In this document: positions 46,927-57,148 of the stretch, piece after piece
Layout: each line of letters begins with the position of its first letter
Position numbering within the stretch: position 1 is the first letter of the stretch
IMG/VR virus record: IMGVR_UViG_3300009104_001210
Location: 124,001-188,000 of that record
Strand: one strand, 5' to 3'
Length of the DNA stretch: 64,000 nt
Position numbers and translations under genes: made by a program
The notes under the pieces: model-generated
Databases searched by the model: none
Seen by the model: the letters and a program-made list of their open reading frames with translations, nothing else
What the model was told of the DNA's origin: nothing

Positions 46927-46962
46927 GCCGAAGACTTTTCTTCGGTTAAACGGAGAAGAGTT

Positions 46963-47460
46963 ATGGCTAAAAAAGTAGATGTTAAAGAATATCAATGTAA
47001 GTTAATTAAGGTTTTAGATGGAGATACTATAGATTGTTTTATTGATTTAGGTTTCAATCTGAAAACTAAAAAACGTATACGATATATGGGAATAGATACT
47101 TGGGAATCAAGAACAAGAGATTTAGAAGAAAAGGCAAAAGGTTTAAAAGCTAAAGCTCGTAATAAAGAATTATTAGAAGGTGGAGTTTTTAAACTTAAAT
47201 CATTTGGTACAGGTAAGTTCGGTAGAGTGTTAGGTGAAGTGTTTGTGGATCCTGATATTGTAGGAGAACATATTCAAGAGTGCATAGTAAATGATGATAG
47301 TGATATTGATTTAGACCATGATGGTTGGGTAAGTGTTAATGATATCTTAATCGAAGAAGGACACGCTTACGAATATCATGGTGGTAAGAAAAAAGATTTC
47401 AAAAAAGAAATCAAAGAAGAAAAAGCTAACGCTAAATTAGTTAAAGGTAATGAAGTATGA
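46963..47460 (+). CDS. Thermonuclease (SNase-like) family protein
   Basis: VLDGDTI, IRYMGIDTWE, KFGRVLG. Confidence 0.8.
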   Translation: MAKKVDVKEYQCKLIKVLDGDTIDCFIDLGFNLKTKKRIRYMGIDTWESRTRDLEEKAKGLKAKARNKELLEGGVFKLKSFGTGKFGRVLGEVFVDPDIVGEHIQECIVNDDSDIDLDHDGWVSVNDILIEEGHAYEYHGGKKKDFKKEIKEEKANAKLVKGNEV

Positions 47461-47702
47461 AAACATTAAAATATTTTTCAGCAACTTGGTGTGGTCCTTG
47501 TAAGGCGTTTAAACCTGTTATGAATGAAATTGCATCAGAAGGGCATTTAGTAGAATTTATTGATATAGATAGATCACAGGATGTAGCATCAAAATATGGA
47601 ATTAGATCTGTACCTACTGTAATAATAGAACAAGGTGGACAAGAAGTTGACAGATTTTCAGGTGCTTTGCCAAAACAATTAGTATTGGAGAAAATAACCT
47701 AA
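47457..47702 (+). CDS. trxA: Thioredoxin
   Basis: WCGPC, IRSVPT. Confidence 0.9.
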   Translation: MKTLKYFSATWCGPCKAFKPVMNEIASEGHLVEFIDIDRSQDVASKYGIRSVPTVIIEQGGQEVDRFSGALPKQLVLEKIT

Positions 47703-47864
47703 ATGCCTAGAATTTTTGGTAATGAAGAACCTTCGAAAACAGGTAAGAGTACAAGACAAGGAATGGGTAGAGGAACTAAGTGGGGAACTAAACCTGCTGG
47801 TAAAGGTAATAAGAAAGCATTAACCCGTTATAAGAAAAAATATCGTGGCCAAGGAAAGAGATAA
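47703..47864 (+). CDS. Small basic phage protein (53 aa, not in ORF track)
   Basis: KSTRQGMG...KKYRGQGKR. Confidence 0.6.
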   Translation: MPRIFGNEEPSKTGKSTRQGMGRGTKWGTKPAGKGNKKALTRYKKKYRGQGKR

Positions 47865-48573
47865 AGTCGCAAATAGTTTATGGATAGGTAAGAAATTATT
47901 ACCACAAAATATAATATCTATAAAATCTTTTTTACAAAATGGATTTGATTATAACTTATATGTTTATGATGAAGTAAAAGATATTCCATCAGGAGTAAAT
48001 GTTCTTGATGGTAATGATATATTACCTGATTCTGCTATATGGTACTACGGCAAAGGATTTAATAAAGGATCACCTTCAGGTTTTTCAAATGAATTTAGAT
48101 TTACTTTCCTATATGATATTGGTGGATTATGGACTGATACTGATATAGTTTTATTGAAAGAATTCAATTTAGAACAACCTTTAATTTTTATAAGTCAAGA
48201 AAATCCTGATCAAAGTATAATGGCAACTACTTCTTTAATATATTCAAAACATCCAAAATTAGAAATTTTTAAAGATGCTTTAAATGAAATAACTTTTAGA
48301 AATAAAGAAAGAATTAAACATGGAGAAACTGGTCCAGATTTACTTGATTATTTAGTAAAGAAATATCAATTAGAAGAATTTGTTTTAGGTTATAATGCGT
48401 TTTGTTCAATAGGTTGGCATGAAATAGATAAGTTAATTAATGGAACTAAACTTTCAGAAGAAGCTATAGGATTACATTTGTTTAATGCTAGATGGGAAGC
48501 TGATGGAATTGATATTGATAATTATAGTACATCTAAATCTATTCTTACTGAATTGAAGAAAAAGTATTTATGA
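47845..48573 (+). CDS. GT32-like (alpha-1,4) glycosyltransferase
   Basis: SLWIG, FSNEFRF..LYDIGGLWTDTD, TGPDL. Confidence 0.8.
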   Translation: MAKERDKVANSLWIGKKLLPQNIISIKSFLQNGFDYNLYVYDEVKDIPSGVNVLDGNDILPDSAIWYYGKGFNKGSPSGFSNEFRFTFLYDIGGLWTDTDIVLLKEFNLEQPLIFISQENPDQSIMATTSLIYSKHPKLEIFKDALNEITFRNKERIKHGETGPDLLDYLVKKYQLEEFVLGYNAFCSIGWHEIDKLINGTKLSEEAIGLHLFNARWEADGIDIDNYSTSKSILTELKKKYL

Positions 48574-49523
48574 AATTAAGTAGAGAGAAAAGAAGAGAAG
48601 TAGCATTATATCAAAGTGTTTATTTTTATGATAGGAATACAAGATTTAATACTGATATTCATCCAGATGATTTTTTTCATACAACTAAATTTAGATCTTA
48701 TTTTGATGATGATAATAGAATTAACGGTATTGTTCCTATAAATAAAATAGAGCAATCTATTTTTTTTAAAGATAAATATTATTATCCTAAAACTTATATT
48801 AAAAATCCAAAGTTAGAAGGAATTTGGTTTATTAAACCAACGGATGGGTCTTTGGGTAATGATATTGAAATAACTGATGATTTAAGTTCAGTAAAAAATA
48901 ATAAAAAAGCTATTTATCAACAATCAATTGATAATCCTTTATTACATAAAAATAAAAAAATAGATTTTAGAACTTTTTTATTATTACAAACATTTGAGGG
49001 AAAATTTAGAGCATATTTTTATAAAGATTCTATGTTAAGATGGACAACACTTGATTATAAAAAAGATGATTTTACATTGGAACGCCAAATAACAAATTAT
49101 CTTGCAAAAAGAGATGGTAAATTTTTTGGTAATACTATGGTTAGGGCATATTCTAAACACACATATCATTATTATAAAGAGTTACATGAAACTATGAAAA
49201 ATATTATTGTAGATATTTCAAAAAGTATTTTTGATAGAGTGAATAATAAAACACAAAGAAATATATTTCAATTGTTTGGTGTAGATTTTATTCCTGATGA
49301 AGATAAGAATGTTTGGTTATTAGAAATGAATGGTAATCCAGGTCCTTATTTACATTTAGATAGACCATTAACAAAACAATTAAAGAATTGGACTTTAGAT
49401 ATAGTTGAAGATATATTTGATTTAACAGTATATCCAATGTATTATGGAAGAAAAAAAAAGTTAGGTGAATTTGAATTAGTATTTGAAAAAGATTTACAAT
49501 TTGAAAAATGGATAGAAGTATGA
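48570..49523 (+). CDS. Tubulin-tyrosine ligase/polyglutamylase (TTL) family ATP-grasp
   Basis: WFIKP...G.G, QQSIDNPLL, KIDFR, FQLFGVDF, WLLEMNGNP. Confidence 0.85.
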   Translation: MKLSREKRREVALYQSVYFYDRNTRFNTDIHPDDFFHTTKFRSYFDDDNRINGIVPINKIEQSIFFKDKYYYPKTYIKNPKLEGIWFIKPTDGSLGNDIEITDDLSSVKNNKKAIYQQSIDNPLLHKNKKIDFRTFLLLQTFEGKFRAYFYKDSMLRWTTLDYKKDDFTLERQITNYLAKRDGKFFGNTMVRAYSKHTYHYYKELHETMKNIIVDISKSIFDRVNNKTQRNIFQLFGVDFIPDEDKNVWLLEMNGNPGPYLHLDRPLTKQLKNWTLDIVEDIFDLTVYPMYYGRKKKLGEFELVFEKDLQFEKWIEV

Positions 49524-49987
49524 ATATTAACAGAAAAAGAGATAGACATATAGTAGATTATTTAAATAATCATTTTTATTGTAAATTAGGTATATCAAAA
49601 GTTCATGGTATAGGAGTTTTTGCATTAAGAGATATACCTGCTGGTATTGATCCGTTTGTTTTACCTAAAAAAGATAGGTTGGTTACAGTATATAAAGCAA
49701 GTTTGAAAAATTTAGATGAGAATATTAAAGAATGGTTAGCTGAAAAATTTATAAATGATGATAAAGTTCAAACAATTTTACTTACTGATACTTTACAAAA
49801 ACAGTTTAAATACTATTTTAATCATAATGAAAAACCAAATTTAGAGTGGAATACACCAAAACATCGCCATCCATGTATGCCACCTTGTCCAAAATGTGGC
49901 GGACAAAATTTTATTACATTACAAGATATAAAAAAAGATGAAGAAATTTTTGTTAATTATGCTATTGACACTAATATTTATAATTGA
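49520..49987 (+). CDS. SET domain methyltransferase
   Basis: SKVHGIGVFA, YFNHNEKPN, DIKKDEEIFVNY. Confidence 0.8.
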   Translation: MNINRKRDRHIVDYLNNHFYCKLGISKVHGIGVFALRDIPAGIDPFVLPKKDRLVTVYKASLKNLDENIKEWLAEKFINDDKVQTILLTDTLQKQFKYYFNHNEKPNLEWNTPKHRHPCMPPCPKCGGQNFITLQDIKKDEEIFVNYAIDTNIYN

Positions 49988-50019
49988 CATATTTATACTT
50001 AGGAATATGGAGTTAATTA

Positions 50020-51354
50020 ATGACATGGATTAATACTAAAACGGTATTCACTTGGAATACTAAGGACAAAAAGTACGAAGAAACTCTTAATGAGGGTTAT
50101 GATTATACTGGTCCTACTGCTGAATGTTTTGGTTGTTTTATAGCAGGAACAGCTGTACCTACCTCAGATGTAACATATGAGTTGATAGAAAATTTAAAAG
50201 TTGGTGATACAGTACTTACAGTTAATACAAATACAAAACCATTCACATTAGAAGAAAATAAAATACTTGAAATAGCTACACCTGTTCATGAGAATATGGT
50301 TGAGATAAAATTTGATGCTAAAATGTTCAAAGATGGTATGCCAACATATAAGTATAGTTTAGATGAAGCAAAACCATCTCCCTCTAAGATAGCAGTTGGT
50401 CCGAAGAAATTTCCAGAGTTCTGGCTTGAAGTTTCAGAACTAGATAAACTTTCTGATGATGAGAAAGAAGCAGAGTTTAATAAATATATTGACGCCACTT
50501 GGAAGGATTTAGTAAATACAAATACATTTGATCACCCATATTTGGTAAAAAATAAAGGTTGGTGTTCATATAAACCAAGTTTAACTAAAGAAACATATAG
50601 TATGGATGTTGGTCAGCTTGAAGTTGGTGATATTTGTTATGTGCTCAATCCTGTAAGGGGAAGAAGTCCTTTTACTGAGGTAAAGATTGTTAGTATTGAA
50701 GAAAAAAATGAAGAAACCCAAACATATAACTTAGCTAGTGTTGAAAATAATCATAATTATTTAGCTAATGGTGTATTAGTTCACAATAAAGAAAGTTTGG
50801 GTGGTGAAGATGTAACTATTTTAAGTAGTTCTGTTGACCACGCTGATGGAGAAGTACATGCTTCTATGTCAATTGATGATAAAGTTTTAGCAGCTAGTAT
50901 TTCAGGTTTACCTGATACAGATGTAGCATCAGAATTTTTATTGTGGGAATATACGGGCAGTGATATTGCTTCTCAAATTACATTAGTTACTGCTTCAGTT
51001 GATTATATTATGTCTTCTTCTCGTAACAATTGGTTAAATATTGATTGTAAAAATGGTAGATCTGATACTTTTAGAATTACACCTGGACACCCATTATTAG
51101 TTAAGAGTGAAAGTTATGGTGAGGGATATGGGCTTCCTGGTTCTACAGGATCAGCAGCACTTACAGGATCTGTTTGGTATTTTGATTATGCAGGAGACAT
51201 TAATACAAATTATAAACTTTTAAGTTCTTCATTGGAAGAGGTAGACATTGAATCAATTACACCATATAGTGCGTCTGAATCGTCTAGCTTTTTTAGATTT
51301 GATATAGAACCACAGGATACATATTTCGTAGATCACATATTAATACATAATTAG
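50020..51354 (+). CDS. 38-aa peptide fused to two tandem Hint (intein/BIL-like) domains
   Basis: Hint1 C39 CFIAGT, TFDHP, VHN256; Hint2 S259 SLGGED, TPGHP, terminal IHN444. Confidence 0.8.
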   Translation: MTWINTKTVFTWNTKDKKYEETLNEGYDYTGPTAECFGCFIAGTAVPTSDVTYELIENLKVGDTVLTVNTNTKPFTLEENKILEIATPVHENMVEIKFDAKMFKDGMPTYKYSLDEAKPSPSKIAVGPKKFPEFWLEVSELDKLSDDEKEAEFNKYIDATWKDLVNTNTFDHPYLVKNKGWCSYKPSLTKETYSMDVGQLEVGDICYVLNPVRGRSPFTEVKIVSIEEKNEETQTYNLASVENNHNYLANGVLVHNKESLGGEDVTILSSSVDHADGEVHASMSIDDKVLAASISGLPDTDVASEFLLWEYTGSDIASQITLVTASVDYIMSSSRNNWLNIDCKNGRSDTFRITPGHPLLVKSESYGEGYGLPGSTGSAALTGSVWYFDYAGDINTNYKLLSSSLEEVDIESITPYSASESSSFFRFDIEPQDTYFVDHILIHN

Positions 51355-51361
51355 AGGTTAC

Positions 51362-52276
51362 ATGATATTAACTACTTCTTATACAAGTCCACCTGGATTT
51401 GGTCATAGAATTTTTGTTTGGGAATATCTTTATTTAATTAATCAATATAATGATTTCAAATTTGATTTAGTTTTATCCGATAGTGTTTATGAGGAAACTA
51501 AATATTTAGATTTTCCAAAAACAAAAATAGTGTCGGATGATAGATATACTACTAAGAAATTTAGAGCGAAAAAAATCGTAGCTGAGATATTAGATAAACA
51601 ATTAACTTCACACGACCATATGCTCAAAGATTGGGATTGTTGTTATTACCATAACGAAAATATTTTTATACCTGATATAGATACTCTTAGACCAATTCAA
51701 GAAATTCAAATGAAAGACAAAAAACTATTACAGAAAATAAAAGATACTGTTAAAGATTGTATTGGAATTCATGTGAGACGGGGAGATTTAAAAGATGATG
51801 GTAGTGAGAATTATAAAAAATGGTTAAATAGAGATAATAACAATTGGAGATATGCATACTTAGAAGATAATTATTATCTTACAAGATTAGAAAATCATCC
51901 AAATAAAAAATTCTATTTAAGTTCAGATGCTACATTAGAAGAATTAAAATTTATTACAGATAACTATGATGTTATTATGAGTGATGATATTTTAGGAGAA
52001 AAAAAAGAAAGAATTAAATGGGGATTTAATGACAACTATTATATGCATGGTGGTCCTAAAATAGATTTACATTCAATAGTAGATTTGATGGCACTAACAT
52101 ATTCTAAAAAATTTATTGCAAGTAATTCTATGTGGAGTGAATTTATTTCAAATTATAAACAAGATAGTTGGAATAATACAGATACTATTTATCCAACAAG
52201 ATGTTATAAAGTTGCACCAAGAGAAGGATTATATTATTTGGATTACGGATTTCCGTCATCTATGTTACACTCATGA
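51362..52276 (+). CDS. GT11/GT23-like fucosyltransferase
   Basis: PGFGHRIF, IGIHVRRGD, YLSSD, IASNSMWS. Confidence 0.75.
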   Translation: MILTTSYTSPPGFGHRIFVWEYLYLINQYNDFKFDLVLSDSVYEETKYLDFPKTKIVSDDRYTTKKFRAKKIVAEILDKQLTSHDHMLKDWDCCYYHNENIFIPDIDTLRPIQEIQMKDKKLLQKIKDTVKDCIGIHVRRGDLKDDGSENYKKWLNRDNNNWRYAYLEDNYYLTRLENHPNKKFYLSSDATLEELKFITDNYDVIMSDDILGEKKERIKWGFNDNYYMHGGPKIDLHSIVDLMALTYSKKFIASNSMWSEFISNYKQDSWNNTDTIYPTRCYKVAPREGLYYLDYGFPSSMLHS

Positions 52277-53001
52277 GTTTATATAAACATCCAATAAAAT
52301 TCGATCTAGATAAATTATTAAAAGAAAAAGACTATGCTGAATCAGTAGTTACATATGATTCAGGATTTAGAAATCATTGTATATCTTTGTTAGGTAGAAA
52401 AGAAGAAGAAATGGAAGGTTGGAATCTTTATTTAGCAGAAATGAATAGGCATAGAATATGGAAAGATTATAATAGACAAGTGAATGTATTATATGATACA
52501 GAAATCTTACAAGATATTCCTTTTGATAGAAAACATTTACCTTATATGAATAGTGTATTTGATATATTTAATGAAGGAACTGAAGTTTTAGTTGCTAGAT
52601 TAATTCGAAGAGAATCACATTCTTCATACGGCATACATAGAGATTATGGAAAAGGTATGGAAGAACTTGAAGATTCTAAGAAGATGATGTGGAGATTTCA
52701 GATTCCACTTATATCAAATAAAGACTGCTACTTAATTATTTTTAAAGATCATGTAGTTGACAAATGGAAAGAGTTATATGGTGAATATCAATTAGAAGAT
52801 TTTTTAGATAAACCATCTGATGATTTTCAGGTTCATCATTTAGAGGATGGTTATTTATATCACTTTAAAGTTTGGAAGTATGCACACACGGTATGGAATA
52901 TGGGGGAAACAGATAGATATACATTAGTAGTTGATACAATACCAAATGAGTGGATAGAAAATTGGGCAAAGGAAAATTTAAATGAAGTTTTACCTTCATA
53001 A
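52273..53001 (+). CDS. Asp/Asn beta-hydroxylase-like 2OG-Fe(II) oxygenase
   Basis: GIHRD, RFQIPL, AHTVWN, RYTLVVD. Confidence 0.7.
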   Translation: MSLYKHPIKFDLDKLLKEKDYAESVVTYDSGFRNHCISLLGRKEEEMEGWNLYLAEMNRHRIWKDYNRQVNVLYDTEILQDIPFDRKHLPYMNSVFDIFNEGTEVLVARLIRRESHSSYGIHRDYGKGMEELEDSKKMMWRFQIPLISNKDCYLIIFKDHVVDKWKELYGEYQLEDFLDKPSDDFQVHHLEDGYLYHFKVWKYAHTVWNMGETDRYTLVVDTIPNEWIENWAKENLNEVLPS

Positions 53002-53950
53002 AGATATTTTATATGAAGATCAAGCGTGGAAAACTGTTAAGTTTTTATTAGATGTAAAAAAAATATCTAATGAGGTTGTAGATATGCACAATATAGAATC
53101 TATAAAGCAATTAAATGTTTCAAGTGATGATATATGTTTTGCTAGATTTGGTCATCATTTTGATGATAAGATAGCAACTAATAAAGCATATGATGTATTA
53201 ACTCAAAAATTTAATAAAATATATCCTTCAAAAGACGCATATTATTATTATGATGATAAATTAAAGCAATATGAATTTATGTTAGAAAATGATATACCTT
53301 GTTTGAAAACATATTATGTAGGTAGTAAAGAAGAGATAGAAAAATTAAATATAAAATTTCCTATAGTTACTAAAAAAACTTGGGGGGCTGGAACTGAACA
53401 AGTTAATAAGTGGGATGATTATGAATCTATTGTTGATAATAAAGATACTCGAAGTTGGACAGGGGGATCTATATTTCCATGTTTAGTTCAAGAATATAAA
53501 GATGTAGATTATGATATTAGAGTTAGAATTTTAAACTCTAAAGTTTTCTTTACTAAAAGAATGCACGAATTTAAAACAAAAAATAAAGATAATTTTCCAT
53601 ATGGTACAAAAGAGATTCTTAAAAAAGATAGAATAAAATATCATTTACCACCATATGAAGTTCCTGTAGCATTACCAATAAATGATTTAGCAGAAGTAGA
53701 AGATATTATACCTATAGTAGAAAAATTACATAAGATTCAAAATGAAAAATTGAATAGTAATTTTGTGGTGTGGGATATTCTTAGAACAAATGAAGGAATA
53801 AAAATTCTTGAATTTAGTCATGTTACAGTATATAAAAGTTTTCCACAAATTTATTATGATATAGAATATAAAGAAGCAAATAAATTAACAATAAAAAATC
53901 GTGAACATTTTTTTTATTTGTATAACGAAATATTAAAAGGATTAATATGA
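52982..53950 (+). CDS. RimK-like ATP-grasp ligase
   Basis: DDKLKQY, IPCLKT, FPIVTK, LVQEY, DIRV, WDIL, ILEF. Confidence 0.7.
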   Translation: MKFYLHKDILYEDQAWKTVKFLLDVKKISNEVVDMHNIESIKQLNVSSDDICFARFGHHFDDKIATNKAYDVLTQKFNKIYPSKDAYYYYDDKLKQYEFMLENDIPCLKTYYVGSKEEIEKLNIKFPIVTKKTWGAGTEQVNKWDDYESIVDNKDTRSWTGGSIFPCLVQEYKDVDYDIRVRILNSKVFFTKRMHEFKTKNKDNFPYGTKEILKKDRIKYHLPPYEVPVALPINDLAEVEDIIPIVEKLHKIQNEKLNSNFVVWDILRTNEGIKILEFSHVTVYKSFPQIYYDIEYKEANKLTIKNREHFFYLYNEILKGLI

Positions 53951-55512
53951 AGAAAGTTATTATAGTTGGTGGTGGATTTGCAGGTTACTTAACAGCGTTG
54001 TTTTTAAATAAAAAATTTCCTAAATTAAAAATTGATATAATAAAATCATCAGATAAAGAACAAATTTCTGCTGGAGAACAAACAGGCAAAGAACAACTAC
54101 AATTGTTTTTTGAATCATTAGGAATTGAAGAAACTGAATGGTTTAGTAGAACAAAATCTTTTTTAAAAATAGGTAATTCTTTTGTTGGGTGGGGAAACCG
54201 TGAAAATTTTGATCCTCGAGTTGGTGGACCAGATGTAGTTAATCATAGTTTTGTAATGGAAAATAAATTATTACCTTTACTTAGGAATGGTGGTGGTATG
54301 AAATCCGTAAAGGATTCTATGAAATATAATGATAAGTTACATACTGAATTATATCAAAATAGTTTTTTAGAAACACCCATAGATAATACGGATGATTATA
54401 TAGATAGTTTTAAAAAACACTTTAAAAATAGTTTTTTTAATAGAAAGAATAATAGAGCCATAGCTCATATGCATGATTGGTTAGAGATAGGTAAATTTAT
54501 AGAAACTAAGTTTGATGATAATGTTAAAATAATTACTGATCATATAACTGATGTGGTTGTAGATAAAAAAAATAATACTATAGAATATCTTGTTAATAAA
54601 GATAAAGAAAAGATTAAAGCAGATCACTACGTAGATTGTACAGGTATTAGTAGAATTTTGATTTCTAAACTTAGTAAAGTTGTAGATATTAGTGATGAAT
54701 ATCCTGTAAATAGTGCCGTATTTGGTCCAGTAGAATATATAGATAGAACTAAAGAGATGGTGCCAACCTTATATACTACTGCTTTTAAAAATGGTTATTC
54801 ATTTAAAACACCATTACAACATAGGATAGGAACAGGATATGTCTATTCAGATAAGTATATTAGTAAAGATGAAGCAATAGATGAGATAAATGATTATTGG
54901 GATGGTAGATTTAAGTCAGATCAAGTTAATCATTTAAAATGGACTCCATCTTATGTAGTTAAACCTTTTCAGAAAAATTGTAGCGCTGTAGGATTAGCAG
55001 GACAATTTGATTGTCCAATGGAATCTACAGTATTTACTCAGATATCAACTGCTCTTCAACAATTAGGAAATTATTTAAATAGAGATAATAAATTATTATA
55101 CATGAATCGTTCTGATATAAGAGATGAAGATATGTTAAATTATTGTAATACTTGGACTGAATATACTTTTCATAATACAAGACATTTTAAACAAATGATG
55201 TTTTATACTACAAATAGAGATGATAGCGAATTTTGGAAGAATATTAAAACACTTAATTATTCTGATATTTTTTATAAAAAATTAAGTTTCTTTTTAGACA
55301 ATTCATTTGATTATATAATAGAAAATAGAAATAAGTTTCCTGATTATACTCCACCAACAAATTTTAATATTAATGAAGATAGATTTTGGAGAGTATATCA
55401 AAAAGGATTTAAAGGATATTTTGATTATATGGGAATAAGGGGTGTAGGACATAGTATGATATTAGATGTTCATAATTGGTTAATGATTCTTGCGTATAAA
55501 AAATACATTTAA
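53947..55512 (+). CDS. Tryptophan halogenase-like flavoprotein
   Basis: IVGGGFAG, AGEQT, VDCTG, PLQHRIGTGYVYS, PMESTV. Confidence 0.8.
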   Translation: MKKVIIVGGGFAGYLTALFLNKKFPKLKIDIIKSSDKEQISAGEQTGKEQLQLFFESLGIEETEWFSRTKSFLKIGNSFVGWGNRENFDPRVGGPDVVNHSFVMENKLLPLLRNGGGMKSVKDSMKYNDKLHTELYQNSFLETPIDNTDDYIDSFKKHFKNSFFNRKNNRAIAHMHDWLEIGKFIETKFDDNVKIITDHITDVVVDKKNNTIEYLVNKDKEKIKADHYVDCTGISRILISKLSKVVDISDEYPVNSAVFGPVEYIDRTKEMVPTLYTTAFKNGYSFKTPLQHRIGTGYVYSDKYISKDEAIDEINDYWDGRFKSDQVNHLKWTPSYVVKPFQKNCSAVGLAGQFDCPMESTVFTQISTALQQLGNYLNRDNKLLYMNRSDIRDEDMLNYCNTWTEYTFHNTRHFKQMMFYTTNRDDSEFWKNIKTLNYSDIFYKKLSFFLDNSFDYIIENRNKFPDYTPPTNFNINEDRFWRVYQKGFKGYFDYMGIRGVGHSMILDVHNWLMILAYKKYI

Positions 55513-55542
55513 CCTTATCTAATTAGAAGAGTCTAATATAGT

Positions 55543-55686
55543 ATGATAGATACAGAAAAATTTATAAAAAACCTACATAAAGAAATAAAACGTAGAAAAG
55601 AACGTAAACAACGTGTATTCAATACTATTTATTTAGTAGGAGTGTTTATCTTTGATTTTATAATAGACACAGGAGAATGGATATGA
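55543..55686 (+). CDS. Small membrane protein (47 aa)
   Basis: Basic N-terminus, TM; ATGA overlap with next gene. Confidence 0.45.
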   Translation: MIDTEKFIKNLHKEIKRRKERKQRVFNTIYLVGVFIFDFIIDTGEWI

Positions 55687-56018
55687 AAAAATATTTATTA
55701 ATGTTTGCTTTTATTTTACCATTAATGGCTCAAGAAGTTGAAGTTAAAGAAACAGATGGTAAGACAGAAGTTACCGTTAAGAAACAACACGATAAGAAAA
55801 AATGGGATCGTGGCAGTATGAAGCGCGGTATGGACAGACGTGATAAACGAATGATGATGGCTAAACGAAAAAAGATGCAAAGGAAGAGATTCTGGCGCTC
55901 AGCAGTTCGTGTAGTTGTTATTGGTGGAGTAGCTTATTATGTTGGATATACTCAAGGCCAAAAGCATGAACATAAACGTGGTTGGAATAAAAAACCATAT
56001 ATGGGTGATAGAAAATAA
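55683..56018 (+). CDS. Secreted/membrane basic protein
   Basis: Signal peptide MKKYLLMFAFILPLMA-Q. Confidence 0.6.
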   Translation: MKKYLLMFAFILPLMAQEVEVKETDGKTEVTVKKQHDKKKWDRGSMKRGMDRRDKRMMMAKRKKMQRKRFWRSAVRVVVIGGVAYYVGYTQGQKHEHKRGWNKKPYMGDRK

Positions 56019-56602
56019 TGAAACTTAAAAAAATATTAATGAGTTGTGTATTACTTTTTGGGAGCTTGTCTCTATCGGGATGTTATACGCAACTCTCTAT
56101 GTTTTATCCTGAACCAGAAATCGAAAATGATGATAGTGAACAGTTCTACGAAACTTATTCAAGAGCAGTTCCAAGACCTCTTAACGTAGGTATTTACGCA
56201 CAAGACGGAGCAGGAACACCATTGAGTTTAGCTTATAGTTCAATGTATAATAGATTTCAACCATACTATGGATTTGGTTATGGTTATGGTAGAAGTGGTT
56301 ACTATAATAGTTACGGAACTTATTATGGATATGATTCATATCTAATAGGTGGATATACAATGTATGTTCCAGTTAATACAGGTGAAAGAAAACCAAGAAC
56401 ATTTTCTACAAGTAGAGATAGTGATGGTTCACCTGGAACAAATTTAAATGTTACAAGAACAAGAAGTTCCAACACTTCACAATCAAGTAATAGTGGTTAT
56501 AGTAATAGTTCGAATGTATCAAGTACAAGAAGTTCTTCAGGGCGCTCGTCAAGTTCTTCCTCAAGTTCTAATTCAGGAAGAAGAGTAACCAAGAGGAATT
56601 AA
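56018..56602 (+). CDS. Lipoprotein with Tyr/Gly-rich and Ser-rich tail
   Basis: LSG-C lipobox. Confidence 0.65.
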   Translation: MKLKKILMSCVLLFGSLSLSGCYTQLSMFYPEPEIENDDSEQFYETYSRAVPRPLNVGIYAQDGAGTPLSLAYSSMYNRFQPYYGFGYGYGRSGYYNSYGTYYGYDSYLIGGYTMYVPVNTGERKPRTFSTSRDSDGSPGTNLNVTRTRSSNTSQSSNSGYSNSSNVSSTRSSSGRSSSSSSSSNSGRRVTKRN

Positions 56603-56603
56603 T

Positions 56604-56894
56604 ATGATATTAGAATTATTATTTAGCTTTGTACTCTTTATTACTGGTGGACATTTAATAGATACTAAATTTAAAGTACATCATTATAGTGATGAGGATT
56701 ATAAGGAAATTTTCTTTCTACAAGCTAAAAAGGAAATTTCTAAGGAATGTATAAAACACTCTGTAGTGGAAACTATTACTTATAAAAATAGTTATCGTGA
56801 AGGTAAGCAACAGAGGGATTATACAATATCTAATCCATATCCAATACAAGATACACCACAACAAGATACTTTTAATAGTCAAAGGAGAAATTAG
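56604..56894 (+). CDS. Hypothetical membrane protein
   Basis: N-terminal TM. Confidence 0.55.
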   Translation: MILELLFSFVLFITGGHLIDTKFKVHHYSDEDYKEIFFLQAKKEISKECIKHSVVETITYKNSYREGKQQRDYTISNPYPIQDTPQQDTFNSQRRN

Positions 56895-56896
56895 TT

Positions 56897-57148
56897 ATGA
56901 GTAGTTTAGCAAAAATAATTGGAGCTATTTTAGCTGCATTAGGGTTAAGTTCTTTAGTATCAGGAAAGAAAAAAGCTGCAGTTAAGAAGATAGATGCCAA
57001 GAAAAAAGTTGTAAAGAAAAAAGTTAAAAAAATTGATAAGGAACTAAAACAGGTTAAGAAAGCACAAACAAAAGCTAAAAAACCTACTAAGAGAAAAAAA
57101 GTAAAAGACTCTGATAAGTTTCTGAAAGATTTTGCAAAGAAAAAATGA
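56897..57148 (+). CDS. Lys-rich membrane-anchored protein
   Basis: N-terminal TM then basic coiled coil. Confidence 0.55.
   Translation: MSSLAKIIGAILAALGLSSLVSGKKKAAVKKIDAKKKVVKKKVKKIDKELKQVKKAQTKAKKPTKRKKVKDSDKFLKDFAKKK

Noticed and set aside
46925-46947. Strong hairpin AGCCGAAGA/TCTTCGGTT as a terminator
   Set aside because: No U tract on either strand; at most an mRNA stability element, so not called
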